Shown here one piece after another: positions 1-15,525 of a DNA stretch of 64,000 nucleotides. The translations under genes were made by a program, and so were the position numbers. The notes beneath the pieces are model-generated. The model did not search any database. It had not been told where the DNA came from and saw nothing but the letters and a program-made list of their open reading frames with translations. Source of the DNA: Ramazzottius varieornatus (lineage: Eukaryota > Animalia > Tardigrada); assembly GCA_001949185.1 (NCBI GenBank), contig BDGG01000002.1:8298448-8362447 (forward strand). The letters are read 5' to 3'. Each line of letters opens with the position of its first letter. Within the stretch, counting starts at the first letter, position 1.

Positions 1-2780
1 TACAAACTGCAGATCTGACTGCGCCTTTCGGCGTCTGACATTTCATTTGAACTATTTGCCAACTGCATGCATAGCTGTGGCTTTTCAACCTAAAGAAACG
101 GAAATCCGTAGTGTAACTCTGGGTTCGACTGTGGGGGTAACTTTCAAACGCTGAATAGAACTGCTACTTTAACTGTAACTTCAGCAATATCATTGTGAGA
201 GGTGAACTGCACAATTCTGTGTAATCCAGTGATTCGCTCAACACTAACGTAGGAGCAAAAATTGATGTTTGCAAAAACTCCGTGGAAAATTGACGCTAAT
301 CGAGCGCACCGAGTAGCGAGTTTCAGTCTTTCCTCAGTAGGGCAAGGAGTAGGCGGGGCCAAGGGTCTTACCATTTTTCCATGAAACCTGGGTCATTCAA
401 TCTGAGCGTCTCTTGTCCTTCTTGAAGATGCTCGGAGATTCAAAGATGGCCGGGATGTATGCGGAAGTCGAGGCACGTTTGATCGGCTCGTTGAGCGCGC
501 TGTGCCGGCTGCAACGACCGCCACTGAACTCGCAGCTCAAACCGTGCTGACAGTATTACCATCAGCCCTTGATTGATTTCTCATCGTACACCTGTTGATA
601 CAACATTAGGCTTTTAACATTGAACTGACCCGTCTCTTCCCCACGACATGGTCTTCCGACCTACAACATTTAGTCGTCCACGATCCTATTCGGATCTTGA
701 GGAGAAAGATTGATCTACTCAGGAAACAAGAAACACGTTATGACGTGCAGCAGGAGCTCCGAAAATGTATGCCCGAATCATGATGCGAAAATGACTATGC
801 CTGAAATATGTCCTCTACCTCGTAATTATTTTCAACCACTAAAGAGCATGCAGATTCTTTGCGGCTCCTCGCTTCAGGAATGCTACCGTCTGCGACACAT
901 GTAACGGGCTGCGAACAATTCAAAGAAATCTCTGTTAGAATAGAAGGGTGAAGGTAGTGGGCACTGTCCCAGTGGAGCCAAACCCGGCAAGTCCATTCTG
1001 CTCTTGAGTCTGTCACCTTACGATACGGCTATCCTGTTGCCTTTCATCACTGCTCCTCAGTGGCTGAAAGCGCACCGGCCGTTATCTTCCTGACATGCCG
1101 TTGCTCGTTGAACCAGGCATAGGACCGCTAATCGTGCTGGCACAGGTATGCCACCAGGCCAACTCCGCTTTCGGGAGAATTGAGACACGTAAGTTGCACT
1201 GCGGTTGCGAGAGAGTGTGCATGACATCGATGGAATAAGCGGACGAACGCGCGTGTGAGGTGCATGTACCCAGGCTAACGCCTTAACTCTCAACGAGAAC
1301 CTTGACTGAGGTACTTGAGTCTGTTGTAGTTTTGTATATAACCGCCTAGTCAGCACGGGGCCGGGACAGTCGGAGTGGTTGAGATCTTCGAGGACTTCTT
1401 CCTTTCTGTGGACCGAAGCGAGGTAAGTCGTAAGATTTACAGGTAGCTAGCGGTGTGAAGTACATGTGAGGCCTTCGCCTAATTTCTTGGAGTGCAGGGA
1501 GATTTGTGGTGCGAGGTTACTGGACATTTGACCGACAGGAAATGCGGGGGGAATGCTGACGTGTGAGTTGGTGTAGGGAAATTACAGCTTGACCGAGTTT
1601 GCTGAGTCCTTTTATTCTATCAATTTAAAGTAACGTCTGAATGAATATTCCTCGCTATCGGACGTAACACTTTGTATCGAGGTGTTCATCGGGAATTCTA
1701 CGGAGGCGACTGCCTTTTGTTTTGAGCCGATATTCTTGGGCATTTTGCCCTTTGTAGGAAAACCTTTGCAACAGCCGTAAATAATCTCGTTGACCATCGT
1801 AAAGGTTGTCACTTCTGTCGCACACGGACTCTACACTGGAAAAAATTTCTGAGAAAGGTTGGAAGAGCTTTTGAGTCTTTGCAAAGGATAACAATTCGGT
1901 AACAATTCAGAAACAGCACAAACCGAAAGATGCATCGAAGTGTCGCGACTTGTCTGTTTGGCGCGAGACGCACCGATTCGATCGATACAACGGCTCTGTC
2001 AAAAGCCTCGGATTCGTTCAGTGGGCGGTACTTTGTTTCGAACCGTGTCAGTGTATAGTGACAATGCCGATTAACACTGAATTAATGAGAGCTAGTTCCG
2101 TGATCAAAAGTATCACGGTAAATTGTCTGAATATTTCGAGTGTTGGATTTAGCTCTATACAGAAACCGAACGTCAAAAAACGAGCTCCGTCTACAATTTC
2201 TCCACATCACGTACTAATATTGAGAAAAATTTGATGAAGTTCGGCTCGGTAATCTGGGAGAACTGGTCTGGACAGGGGGATTAAAGCTTAACAGTATATG
2301 GAACTTGGAATGACGCAGGTCAAACAAGCCGAGTAGGAGGAGGATTCACTGCATGATTCAGCATCACAAGACGAGCACGCTTTCTTTGTCGCCATTTAAA
2401 CCTTGGACAAGGGCTTTTCCTTCGAATTCTTGTTTGCCATTCTGGCGAACTCATCTTCCAAGACGTAGGGTGCCGGATGCGCCTTCAGTGTCCGTGGTTG
2501 TTGTTGGGCACAGGCCAAGTGGTTATCCACAGCGCAGATGATACCTATTTCGCAAAAAGCCCGGAAGTAATGCATTTTCAATACTGTGTATGAATGTTCG
2601 TGCTCTCTGCTACGATGTTGTTCATAGTCTGACACCATGTTCATCACGGATAATGTAGTCTAACGTGTAACACAAACAAAAATTTTAAATTTTTAAACCT
2701 GTAAATTTCAAAGATTCGCCAGATCGCAGTCGTTGTCGCTACAGATTCGGGAAAATCAATACACCTGACCTAAATGCAGG

Positions 2781-3150
2781 TAGGGAAGGCTCGGTGCAGT
2801 GCGGTGAATTATTTTCGGCCTTGTTCATTGACTCAGTGATAATTTCACTGACGCGGTGAAGAACGGTTAAGGATGGTGAGGGATGGCAAAGGATGTGCAC
2901 TTCTTACATTGATTGATCGAACACTTATACCTTGATTGATTGGGTAAACCCTGGTTAATAAATCAAGGTCCAATCGAGGTCTAACCAATCAATCAAAGTA
3001 GAAATAATCGATCAATCAATGGAACGAACGTACATCGTTCACCATCCTTCACCATCATCCTTAACCGTTCTTCACCGCGTCAGTGAAATTATCACTGAGT
3101 CAGTGAAGAAGGCCGAAAATAATTCACCGCACTGCACCGAGCCTTCCCTA
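2781..3150. mobile_element. hAT-type fold-back MITE (~370 bp)
   Basis: TIRs of ~110 bp starting TAGGGAAGGCTCGGTGCAGTGCGGTG at 2781 and ending ...GAGCCTTCCCTA at 3150. The interior is also palindromic (ATTGATTGATCGA/TCGATCAATCAAT). Flanks AATGCAGG/AATGCGGG are an 8-bp TSD with one mismatch. Confidence 0.85.
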
Positions 3151-3815
3151 AATGCGGGTATGGACAAAACTGTGGATCAAGGAGGGAAAGCGGCGCTGCT
3201 CCGATTGATCTAACTGATTGGTCGACTTCAGCTGGCGCGTGCCGCTTATGCCCCGCGGCCCACAGTTTCGTCCATGCCCACATGGACGAAACTGTAGGCC
3301 AGGCGCATATACGGGTATCTCACATTTGCCGAACCGTATCTCATTCACCTGCACAAGTCGCAGGACGCAAAATGTTATGCTATTTTGCACCGTATGGCAG
3401 AAACTGGATAAATTGTCACCTGTGGATGGGTAGTCGACAGCTTTGTCGCTTGGTTTTAGATTACTGGATTATTCTTTGGTGATGCCCTGTTTTGTAAAAC
3501 TACCAACAGGGGCCGCTCAAAATTCACTTACTTTTATGAGTACAACCGTAAGTTTCAAGAAGTCTTCGGCTTTCTTAAGACTGCCCAGTAACAAGCGATC
3601 ATCTTTCCAAGTTTCAACCGCTAGTGCGCGATCTCGGCTACCCGGCAACGACCTTGCAGAGAAAGTAAGAGAATAATGGATTTAATACCACGAACTTAAC
3701 GCGATTAAACCTACGCTCCGTAGAGCGTCGGCGAAAACGACGACTCTGATCTAGTGACCGTAGTAGCTTATAATTACGCGCAATAGTATTCAACCCGAAT
3801 TGTCCATCGTTCAAA

Positions 3816-4408
3816 ATGGGTTTATTCTCGACCGTGCGAGTATCACTCTTCTCCAGTAACGCGATATTATTTTGTGGGCAGACGTACGGCGACCTTCAAA
3901 TCAATGGACTGAATGGCCTGCCGCCAACGAAGTAGTGTTATACCTGTGATTCGCTGACGGACCCCGAGTGTTCTCCCTTCACAAATCGACTCGTGGATAT
4001 CAAGGCTCGAGAGATTGATTACAACGGCCATGTTTCCGACATTGATAAGTTTAAAACTGTTTGTCCGAAGGCCGAGGGCTGCACATTATGGTTGATCAGA
4101 CTGAAGGGAAGAAGGAGAAACCTAACAAGCCCTATGATATTTTTGGGTACACATGCACTAGCACGTACTGCAACTCCCTTATCACGTTCCCTGAGCAGAA
4201 TACAACGTACTCAATACACGTGACGAACTCCGGGTATAATGTCTCTGATTCTGATTCGGAAGAAGACGAGCGAAGAAAACAACCAAATTATATCATTAGT
4301 AAGAAGAACACGACATCGGCTTACCAAGATTCTCTCCATACGGATCATGTCGTCACCTTACTATTGTTCGCCGTTCAGGTTTTGCTGATTACTTTCTTTA
4401 CAGTTTAG
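3816..4408 (+). pseudogene. Ly6/uPAR/quiver-like three-finger membrane protein, disrupted
   Basis: ATG 3816, in-frame TAG 3933-3935, then CYTCDSLTDPEC...VCPKAEGC. A frameshift near 4085 leads into ...YTCTSTYCN and a hydrophobic GPI-signal-like tail (VVTLLLFAVQVLLITFFTV). Confidence 0.5.
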
Positions 4409-5411
4409 CTTACGGAACTCCGTTATTACCAACTTGGATACCCTTCCACCACGCTCGGTATCTTGAACGGACCAAGTGCACATTAAACATGCAGAGTAAG
4501 TATACAGAAAGATCTTACTCGCGCCTAATGCCGCCCTGTTCGTTTCCGCTGTGTCTTGAGCAGAGTGGGGTATAGTGGTCCATCTATGGGCCTTTGCCAG
4601 TTTACCCAGGCTCCGGTGAGATGCACGTGACCACACTTGCCTACATGACCTGTTTAATTAGTTGATTCGCGATGCCATGACGTTACTTTTGCCCAGGATC
4701 CAGGCACGCAAGGAGCTTTCAAGAATTGCTCTAAAATCTCATAACCGCCTGACTCCTGCGTGACCGACCACAAAAATTCGACCATAAAATTCTCCAGTTC
4801 CTCAACGTGGGTCCGTCCCATAAAATTTGTCAGAACGAGCAGAAAGTATGAAAGTGCCTACCTTTCCCTAATGTTTTAATTATTCTACGTGGCGTCCCAT
4901 CTGGAGACTGGTGGCGCCTCATACTGTCATCTCACCGGTGCTTCTGCAGCGCTGTCTTGCCTTTCATAGACCACTATAACCCCACTCTGTCTTGAGTAAA
5001 TGCGTACACTACCAAGAAGAGTACTGTCTGGTAAATGACTCGCCTTGGTCCATTGTTCCGCTCTCTAGCAAGCAAACCTTCCTCTTTTGTTTTGCTCTCT
5101 TGCTTCTTTCGTACTATCACGATCCTGTTTGGGATCTGAGGCATCTTGTCTTTTCTGCGGTAGTCGGTGAACAAGAGTCCAGACTGCAGCAAAACCGTAC
5201 CTTGAGCGAAAGCCCATGGGCTTTGCTTGGGCTCGTTATTCAAACAAAGGCTGTGTCGCATGTCCGATGTGTAGCAGCAAGACTGCAAGACACAGCGTAG
5301 AGTACACTTCTGAATTTCCTTTTCGTCATCACGTGATTTTTCGTCAGCAGCAAACGATACTCTATTCTTGAAATGTTCTTATCACGAGGATAGTTAATCT
5401 CAGTCTTGTGA

Positions 5412-7889
<2,478 letters not shown>

Positions 7890-8461
7890 TGGAGGGGTAT
7901 CTCTTTTTTACGGGTATTTTACTTCTCATTTTGAAGAAACCAAACTTATCGAACTGTTTTTCCAGTTTTTTCTATCTGAAGTGTGTTGTTTTTAACATCT
8001 TTACTTCCTTCGTACCACTATGGTACATGCGTTATTGTCAACAGCATAAAATATTTTGTAACGTGGAGTGAATATTTTGAGTTTTTCTGCTTGTGGCGTA
8101 TTTCGTTCTCTTTTTGTTTTATACTTTTGTATTTTTACCGGAATTTTCTGTAGTGAACCTGAACTGTAGTTCCGTCACGAGACCTGGCTTGGTAGCGTTT
8201 TGACAACTTATGGCATCGGACTCGAAGATGGGCAAAAGCTGGGAGCGTGGCATTTGGAAGGGAAGGTGTGATCAACGAAATTTAGAAAGGATAGAAAAAT
8301 AATTAAAGGGAAAGCATGCACTTCGTTGCAGATCGTACAATTTGTTTTGTGAAGGTGAGGCCCATAAAATTGAAAATGATAAAAGCATCGCGTTCGGTGA
8401 TCTTCACTATGGGGGAAAGGTTCTTCATTATGCTAGCAGCTAAAGCGTTTGCCTCGACTGT

Positions 8462-11289
8462 TCACTGAGTGAGTTTATGCCAATGGGCAATCTGGCGTCG
8501 CGGGCTGCTAGCGATGTCGGCCCACTGAGTGCGAGCCGAGTCTTCGACGGCTTGTGGACCCAGCTCCAGGCGGCCCAGGACCTCGTTCTTGGTCAAGCGG
8601 TCAAAGTCCAACAGCAGCAGTTCCAAGGAGACTCCCTCAAGGTTCTCGACGCTCGGTGGTAGATCAAAGACGAAGGACTGGTTGAAGACGGGGTTCAGTG
8701 TCTGCGGCTTGACGAGCGTCTTCTTCTTGGCAATGCGCTGTCCTTTGACGATCAGGTACAACTTCATATATGGATCTGCAACAACGACGATGAAACTATT
8801 CTACTGAAAATTCTATAATGAATTTGAATAAATTCATTTGAATTTGTTAATGCTTAATCCCAAATTTCTGCAAAATAACTCAAATGTAAATTAAATGGTT
8901 TTACCCAGATAAATATTCCAAGTGGCGCACCGTTTCAGTGTTTCGGCTGGAAGCGTGCGCCATTTGTAAAACGGTCTGGCCAATTTCTCAAGTGGCACAG
9001 GTTTCCATCGTTACTGCCTATGAGAGTGCGCCACTTGGGAAAGCGATGTGGGTGGAATTGGTTACTAACTTAATGTCCCAAATTTAACCTTTCGAAAAGT
9101 AGAATCAGGGTAAGGGTAGTTCATTTAGAATGTGTGGAAGTGATCGACGTACCCGCAAGATCCATGATGTTTTTCCGTGAAATACCCTTGGCCTTTAGGA
9201 TGACGCAGGTCAAACGGTTGGTGGCGGGTTGATAGCACAACGACAGCAGGACTTCTCCGCGATTCTGACTTCCGGCCTATGGAAACGACAAATGAAGATC
9301 AAAATCCTGATTATAGCACAATAATGGATCGATCGATGAAAGGTCGTCTAGCTGGAAGGTCATTTAAGCATATGGTTAGTGGCAGTAGCTGCCCTACGAC
9401 GTCAAAGGACTCTTCGGGGATTTGGTGATTACCATACATTAAAAGCCATAATTAGCGGCTGATTTGCTTAGAAAGCACTAAGCTCTTTCCTGGAAATCAT
9501 CCGTGCTTCAAGGATTAAACGTACCTTCTGGCGACCTTGGATATCTTTAACCAGCGAGCTTTCTTGGTCGGATTGGGTCAGGTCAATCATGCTTAGCGGG
9601 CTTAGGACCTCGCCCAAGACTTCATCGCGGGAGTATCGGTCGAAACTGATGACGGCGAAGTGGAGAACCATGGCTTGAAGCTGGTTGTAGCTCAAACCGA
9701 AGAAGGTGAACTCTTCGTTGTACACGGGGCTGTAACAGAAAAAAACCCACAAAACTGCGAGTAAATCACAGACCATAAAATAAAAATCTCGAAAGAGACG
9801 TGCACCTGCATACAGCTGAGCCATGCTAAGTATAAGACCGGAATTACGCAGCGCAGGAAATGTCTTGCTTTTTCAATAGCTAACGTTCCAGATATTCAGA
9901 AACCCTTCTTTTTCTTCAGGAATGACTACGAAAGATTTTTTGGGATTTCATAGGTACTTTACCTGTTGGTGTTCCGGAGGACGCGGGTCTTGGCCCGATG
10001 AAGCTTGTCAGGCAGGAGTTGCAGCTTGACGTACGGGTCCATGGTCTTGGTGGAAGCGCCTGCAGCTGTTGCGCTCTTCAGCTGCTCGCACTTGAGGATG
10101 GTGACGGTTAGGGCGTTCTTCTCAAAGTTATACTTGACGGAGAAATGTAACGTCCCGAAGGGCGAGGTCGCCACTTCCTCCTCTTTCTCCACCTTGACCT
10201 TGGTCAGCGCTTCCGTCTCGTCCACCATTTCTCCACCGAAGCTTTCGGCGTCTTCAAAGTCGTCCTCGTACTCGCCTTCACTATCCTCCCAATTCTCATC
10301 GCCACCTGTACCTGAAACACAAAAAACAAGATAACAAAAATAGTTCGCCAGCCTGCATTCGTAACATTGTGTGCAATACGGCCATGACAAGTACGCAGGT
10401 GTGTGACAGAAAAACTCTTGTCCACCTGCATACAGCGACCCATTGTACCATCTAACGCTGGCATGTGTGCATGTGTGTGACGGAGACAAGAATGTCTGTT
10501 ACCTGTGGGCGAGTAATCGGCAGCTTCGTTGTTTCCTCCCTGTCGCTTGCTCGAGTATTCTCCCGTGATGGTCTGTTCCGTGGGACTGCCAATATGAGCT
10601 GGTTTGAGGGTCTTCTGGACACGACGACGCTGAGTAGGTGGTTGGTGGACGCCCAGTCCCTTCTCCAGCACGGCGATCTGGATGTCGGTGGAAGGGCTCT
10701 TCATGTCCCCGCCAGTTCGCCGTTTCCGAAGGCGACGAAGGACCGACATGATCGTTAGCACCGAGCAGACCAGGAAGAGCGTACAGCTGAGAACCAAACC
10801 CACCACAGCCGGTGCCGACACTACAAAACCCCAGATTTAAGAAAGTCAAGCTAACAATAAAATGGTTTCACTGATCCGTATATTTTTCAGATATTTTCCT
10901 GTTTGATTGGTGTATTTTGGATCCTAGGTTTTACAAAATACCGAGTAAAGTATGGAGCCATATGGCGTCAAGGGACGGGTAACCATATGGACAGATGGAG
11001 CGGAAGTGTAAGTGCACACAGGAAGTGTTTTGCCGTGCATGATCACTGCTTGACTAATTCCCCCTTTGACGTCAACCAAGAGGGAAAGAACATGATCCCT
11101 GTCACAGCATGTTCCTTGAGCTCTATCCAATTGCTCCATATGGTACACATTCATTCCCAAACAAACTATCCTCGAAAAGATGTTGTCTATATTGTGACCC
11201 ACTCGATTACCACCGGTAATGAGGTCTCCATTGCCAAAAAGAGAAAATCCAACATTATAATTACCTGTGCCCTTGTCGAACTTCCGCAT
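8462..11289 (-). CDS. Syt4: Synaptotagmin-4/11-like; exons 11265-11289, 10503-10820, 9963-10311, 9525-9729, 9153-9276, 8462-8775
   Basis: N-terminal TM helix ([23 protein letters not shown]) followed by RRLRKRR. C2A has [12 protein letters not shown] and the Syt4/11 Asp-to-Ser signature [10 protein letters not shown]2B has GQRIAKKKT...[20 protein letters not shown]...[12 protein letters not shown]. Confidence 0.92.
8919..9037. repeat. Intronic palindromic cluster 2 (2 units) in Syt4 intron
   Basis: CAAGTGGCGCAC-N24-GTGCGCCATTTG-N22-CAAGTGGCACAG-N25-GTGCGCCACTTG. Confidence 0.9.
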
Positions 11290-11428
11290 GTTGCTATATT
11301 CCGTTGCGCTATGTGCACAGCTGCTGCAACTGCATCCACATCATCCGCAAATGGTGCTAGTGGCTCCACATTCCCTCTGTCCTGCAAGAGAAGAACTATG
11401 AACGAACCGTTCAGACACAAATCGTTTT

Positions 11429-11476
11429 CAAGTGGCGCACGCTTTCAGCCAAGAACAATGGAAACGTGCGCACTTG
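11429..11476. repeat. Palindromic cluster 3 (1 unit) in probable Syt4 5'UTR intron 11382-11573
   Basis: CAAGTGGCGCAC-GCTTTCAGCCAAGAACAATGGAAAC-GTGCG(-)CACTTG. Confidence 0.85.
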
Positions 11477-11888
11477 AGATAAGATCCTGAATGTAGTCGT
11501 CTGCCGATGTTATATAGATGAAATTCAGAAAGAGAAATTTAGCTTGGAAAGCCCGATAGATGGTTTTTCTTACCTAGCAGCGTCCAGCGAGGCCTCCACA
11601 GCTTCAATATAGACTAGTGAGACGGAGAACCCGGAGTTAGCTGTCGAAAGACTGGTACAAGAAATTACCAAGATGTTTTCAAGCAAGACTTGGCGTTGTG
11701 CTTAATCCGTACTTCAGTGCAGCCAACAACGATGTTCTGTACAGGCAACAACCCACAGAGTCTCGCCAAGGAAGACAATCATGCGGGAAAGTGGGATGAA
11801 GTGGAGAAGGGAAGAGTACGAGCCAGCTGGAAGACAGAGAGAGGAAGAGAGAGGGTTCATAAAAGTGTACATGAGCTGTTCGAGTCTT

Positions 11889-11938
11889 NNNNNNNNNNNN
11901 NNNNNNNNNNNNNNNNNNNNNNNNNNNNNNNNNNNNNN
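11889..11938. other. Assembly gap (N run)
   Basis: Run of n characters. Confidence 1.
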
Positions 11939-13068
11939 TGAGTGGAGAGCAACCTTTCGTTAATCAACTTGCATGCCTTCCTTCCCCGAGGCCACAAGCC
12001 GTCTTTTCCGCCCTCATCCGGTACGGATTTGGCCACCTGTTTCCTCCCATTCCACCTGTAAACCATTCCGTAAGTGCACGAGCGAGAGGGGAATTGATCA
12101 CGCACTGTTGCTTCCGCTTACCTGCCTAGTCTTTTTTTTACCCGACCTAATACCGGACGATTACGATTACAAGTAGGTTCCCCGACGTTAAAAAGTCTTC
12201 GTACTTGGTCAAAGTTCAAACCGTACAATATTCAGCAAAACGATCGAAAGATTTGGCCCAAAATCGACGAAGCACACCACTTCCGGTTCCGTTATATCGG
12301 GGAGGTGGTCGAGGCCTATTCTGTACAGCCTGCGTTAACCCAATAGGACCACTAAAACCTAGCAACAGCCTACTGGGTACACCAATTACCTGCCATCGCG
12401 ACCGGAAGTCCGGTTGGCAAGCTTGGTTAGAAAAGGCTCCTGCCCAAAGACAGAATATCGATCTGCTGTGTTTCCGTGGAGATACAGCTGTTCGAAACAC
12501 GAGCTACTGATGACTGATTGACTAGCGCTAAGGACAACAAGCTCCACAAGCCATGGGCTTGGCTGCTAATCACTTGTCTAAGTACTGTATGAGGATGGAA
12601 GAGGGACAATGAGCGAGCTGTCGTGAGCTTTAGGAGGAGTCGTGGGGAACCACTGTGGAGTACACTGTCGAGCTCACGACAGCTCACATTAAGCTTACTT
12701 GACATCCCGTCTACACAGCTCTCAAAGACCCATTTACATCTTCCCGCAGACTTCCGACAATGAAGATGAACCTGTTTATTCCGCCTGGATTGAAAAGGAA
12801 GGTTCCCACAGGGCATCCCGATCATATGGCGCAGGACGTGCATTCCTCCCATGTTTCGGAAAACATTATAAATTCCGTTGCTTCACGAAAATTTCGGAAG
12901 GTTAAGCACAAATCCCATTCCACAGACAAAACTTTTTGTAAAGAGCGATAATTAATGGGGATGTGAAAAATAAATACAGAAGGAGAGAAAGAGGAGGTAG
13001 AATGATGGCAGCCATGAACCCTTTAGATATTTAGAACGATAATCGTCATCAAAATATTTATTCATCGC

Positions 13069-14679
13069 TTACTTTCGTGGACTTTGACTTGCTTCGAGAT
13101 CGGTCGGGGGAATCGTCACGGCGGGATGATCGGTAGCTGGAAGAACGACGAGAGTCGCCGTCCCTGTCGCGACCATTCCTCTTCCTCTCCTTTTCTCGAC
13201 TTCGACTCCTGCTCCTCCTGAACCCACAGCATAATCAACAACCCTAGGTCGCGTATCTTCTCCCGATACTTGCGTCGACACTATCTTACACCTACCTGCG
13301 CTCTCGATTACGGTCCCTCCTGCCGCGATCGCGGTCCGGACTGTTGCGCGAGCTTCTTCGTTCCTCACGATCTACTCGGCGCTTCTCTGCGTTCACCTCG
13401 GCTATTTTCTGCAAGCACATCAAAATCTAAGAAGTCGATCCAAACGAACAACCAGACTGAACAGATGTAAGACTTACCTCAAGGGCGGTGAGCTTCTCCC
13501 TGAGCTTGATGAAGCCCAAGTGGAGCTTGCCTCCAAAGTGGTCGGCCAGCCGACGGTCGTTGTCGTGGATGCCCAAATAGGCGCTGCAAATCTCGCAAAC
13601 CCGTAGCTTCTGCTGCTGATACGTTGAGGCAGGCATGCAGTTACGGTAATCCATCTGAAGAAGAAAGCAGGAATATAAACGATTATCCAACCAGTTCACT
13701 GTGAAGTTCGAAGAGAAATACCTCAGCTTTCTTCTTTTCCTCTTTGAGCTTCTCAACTTCTTCCATCAACTTCAACGACTCTTCGACATTGCCATCGGCT
13801 CCTTGCCGCTCAGCTTCGGCTAACTTCTTGCCGATGTGCTCTCCGATATCGTGAACCATATTTGCCTGAATCGAGAATACGTTTCAGTTCAAAGAAGATC
13901 AACGGTTCTCGGACAATCAAACAGACCTTGATTTCAACGTCAGTACTGAGTTCTTCCTGAGTTTCGATCAGGTCTTTCTTGGATAAGTCGATACGACGGT
14001 CGATGTCGCGGATGAAAGCTCGCAGTTCATACATGGCCTACAACAAGTCAACAACAGAGTATTTTGACGCGTTTGAGGGAAAACTGAGAATTCAATTCAT
14101 TACGTCGGTTTCGAAATCCAAATCCTTTTCCGCGTTGGCTTTCTCGTAGTCAGCTTTCGCTGCGTAATCATGGATCTGCCTGCACTTGCCAATATCCATC
14201 CTCTGAAACAACCAAGAATAAAGAGCACACGAATCGAAACAGTCGATGGTCTCGGTGAATTGTCCTGCAAACGCGACAAAAATAAATTTCGAATAAAATT
14301 GGAGTGAATGGCCGTACATGAACGGAGTAAAAGTTTTATGGCAGGCCGAATGGTATCGCTGGATAAGTAAGCAGTGCTTGGCGCACCCCACCTCATGATG
14401 CACTATGAACGGCATTCTGACTTAGATGGTGAGCCACAAGGGTAAGCTGCAATACCAAAACAGGCTTCTTTACTTACCGTGCTATCCAAGACTTCATGCG
14501 GGCAGCAACCAAGCAAAAATGGACGACATACAGACCGGTCGGTAAACTTGACTTTGGGTGTGTTATCAACTGAAAAGAAAGAGGATCAGAAATAGGAAAC
14601 AGAACGAGTTGCGAAGCTGCTTACCTTCGGTTCCCATCAGCTGCGCCAACATGGCACGCATCTCATCTTTCGCCGACAT
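13069..14679 (-). CDS. LUC7L: LUC7-like U1 snRNP-associated splicing factor (LUC7L/LUC7L2 type), ~7 exons
   Basis: Starts MSAKDEMRAMLAQLMGTE. Zinc finger 1 VCRPFLLGCCPHEV...GKCRQIH. Zinc finger 2 QQQKLRVCEICSAYLGIHDNDRRLADHFGGKLHLGF. RS/RD-rich last exon 13069-13407. Confidence 0.93.
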
Positions 14680-14832
14680 CCTCGCGGATAAGTGATCAGC
14701 TTGGCAGAAGCACGGTCATCCACAAGTTTCCCACATGTACAGAAACAGGCAACACTGAGATCCGATCTTTCACAGCTTCAAACACCAAAACGCCCCAGGG
14801 AGATGAAAAAATTCAAAATCAAAATTCAAAAA

Positions 14833-14933
14833 CAGAGACGAGCTGCTGAACAATGATTTCTGAACATGGCCCTGCTGAATTGATTGCCAATCAACTCAGC
14901 AGGACCGTGTTCGACTTCAGCAGCTCGTCTCTG
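14833..14933. mobile_element. 101-bp hAT-type palindromic MITE upstream of LUC7
   Basis: 18-bp perfect TIR CAGAGACGAGCTGCTGAA, inner arms also complementary. Flanks TTCAAAAA/TTAAAAAA are an 8-bp TSD with one mismatch. Confidence 0.75.
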
Positions 14934-15525
14934 TTAAAAAATCTCTGATGAAAGATTAATTTTCGAACTCAAAAATTTTCAGGGGCAGCCCTTAGAGACA
15001 AACGTTTCCACCAGGTGCACCAGGGGTGAGACAAAAGAAGTGTCATTGTCACATGCCTCACAGAACAATTCTTCCATTTTGTTTCCTGTTCATTTGAAAT
15101 TACGACTCTCGACAACAGCTTCAGGGTTCAGATGAGAAGTATCATCTGCCAAATTCAATCAAAACACATTTCCTTGTAAGGCGAAAAATTAAAGCGTGGA
15201 TGATCAGTCGTGTCAACAGCCAAAGTAAAACAGAAACAAGGAAATGGACAATGGTCAACGGAAAAAGAAAACAGCTGACAGGTCTCCGAAGGACAATATC
15301 TGCGCGGCCACAGAGCAAAACCAAAAGGTAAAGGAGTCAATGGGAACCAACTTAATCGTAAAAAATTGCATTACTAATTTGGGAACCCCCTATAAAAGGT
15401 AAAGTAACATACCAAATTAATGACTGTCCGGATCAACAATGTGCTCCCACGGTCCAAGAAAAACCTCTATTGAGATTGTAATCAAATGATGGAACATCAA
15501 GCAGAATGAATTCGATGTCGGGCTT

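Noticed and set aside
1-2000. Fragmentary minus-strand ORFs suggesting a decayed gene or transposase
   Set aside because: No recognisable motif, TIR or TSD.
10903-11490. 195-aa plus-strand ORF
   Set aside because: Antisense to Syt4 introns/exon and runs through a palindromic unit; no domain.
14378-14386. Isolated half-sites (TGGCGCAC here; also ~25133, ~26238, ~40603)
   Set aside because: No partner arm at the 25-nt spacing; not counted as family members.
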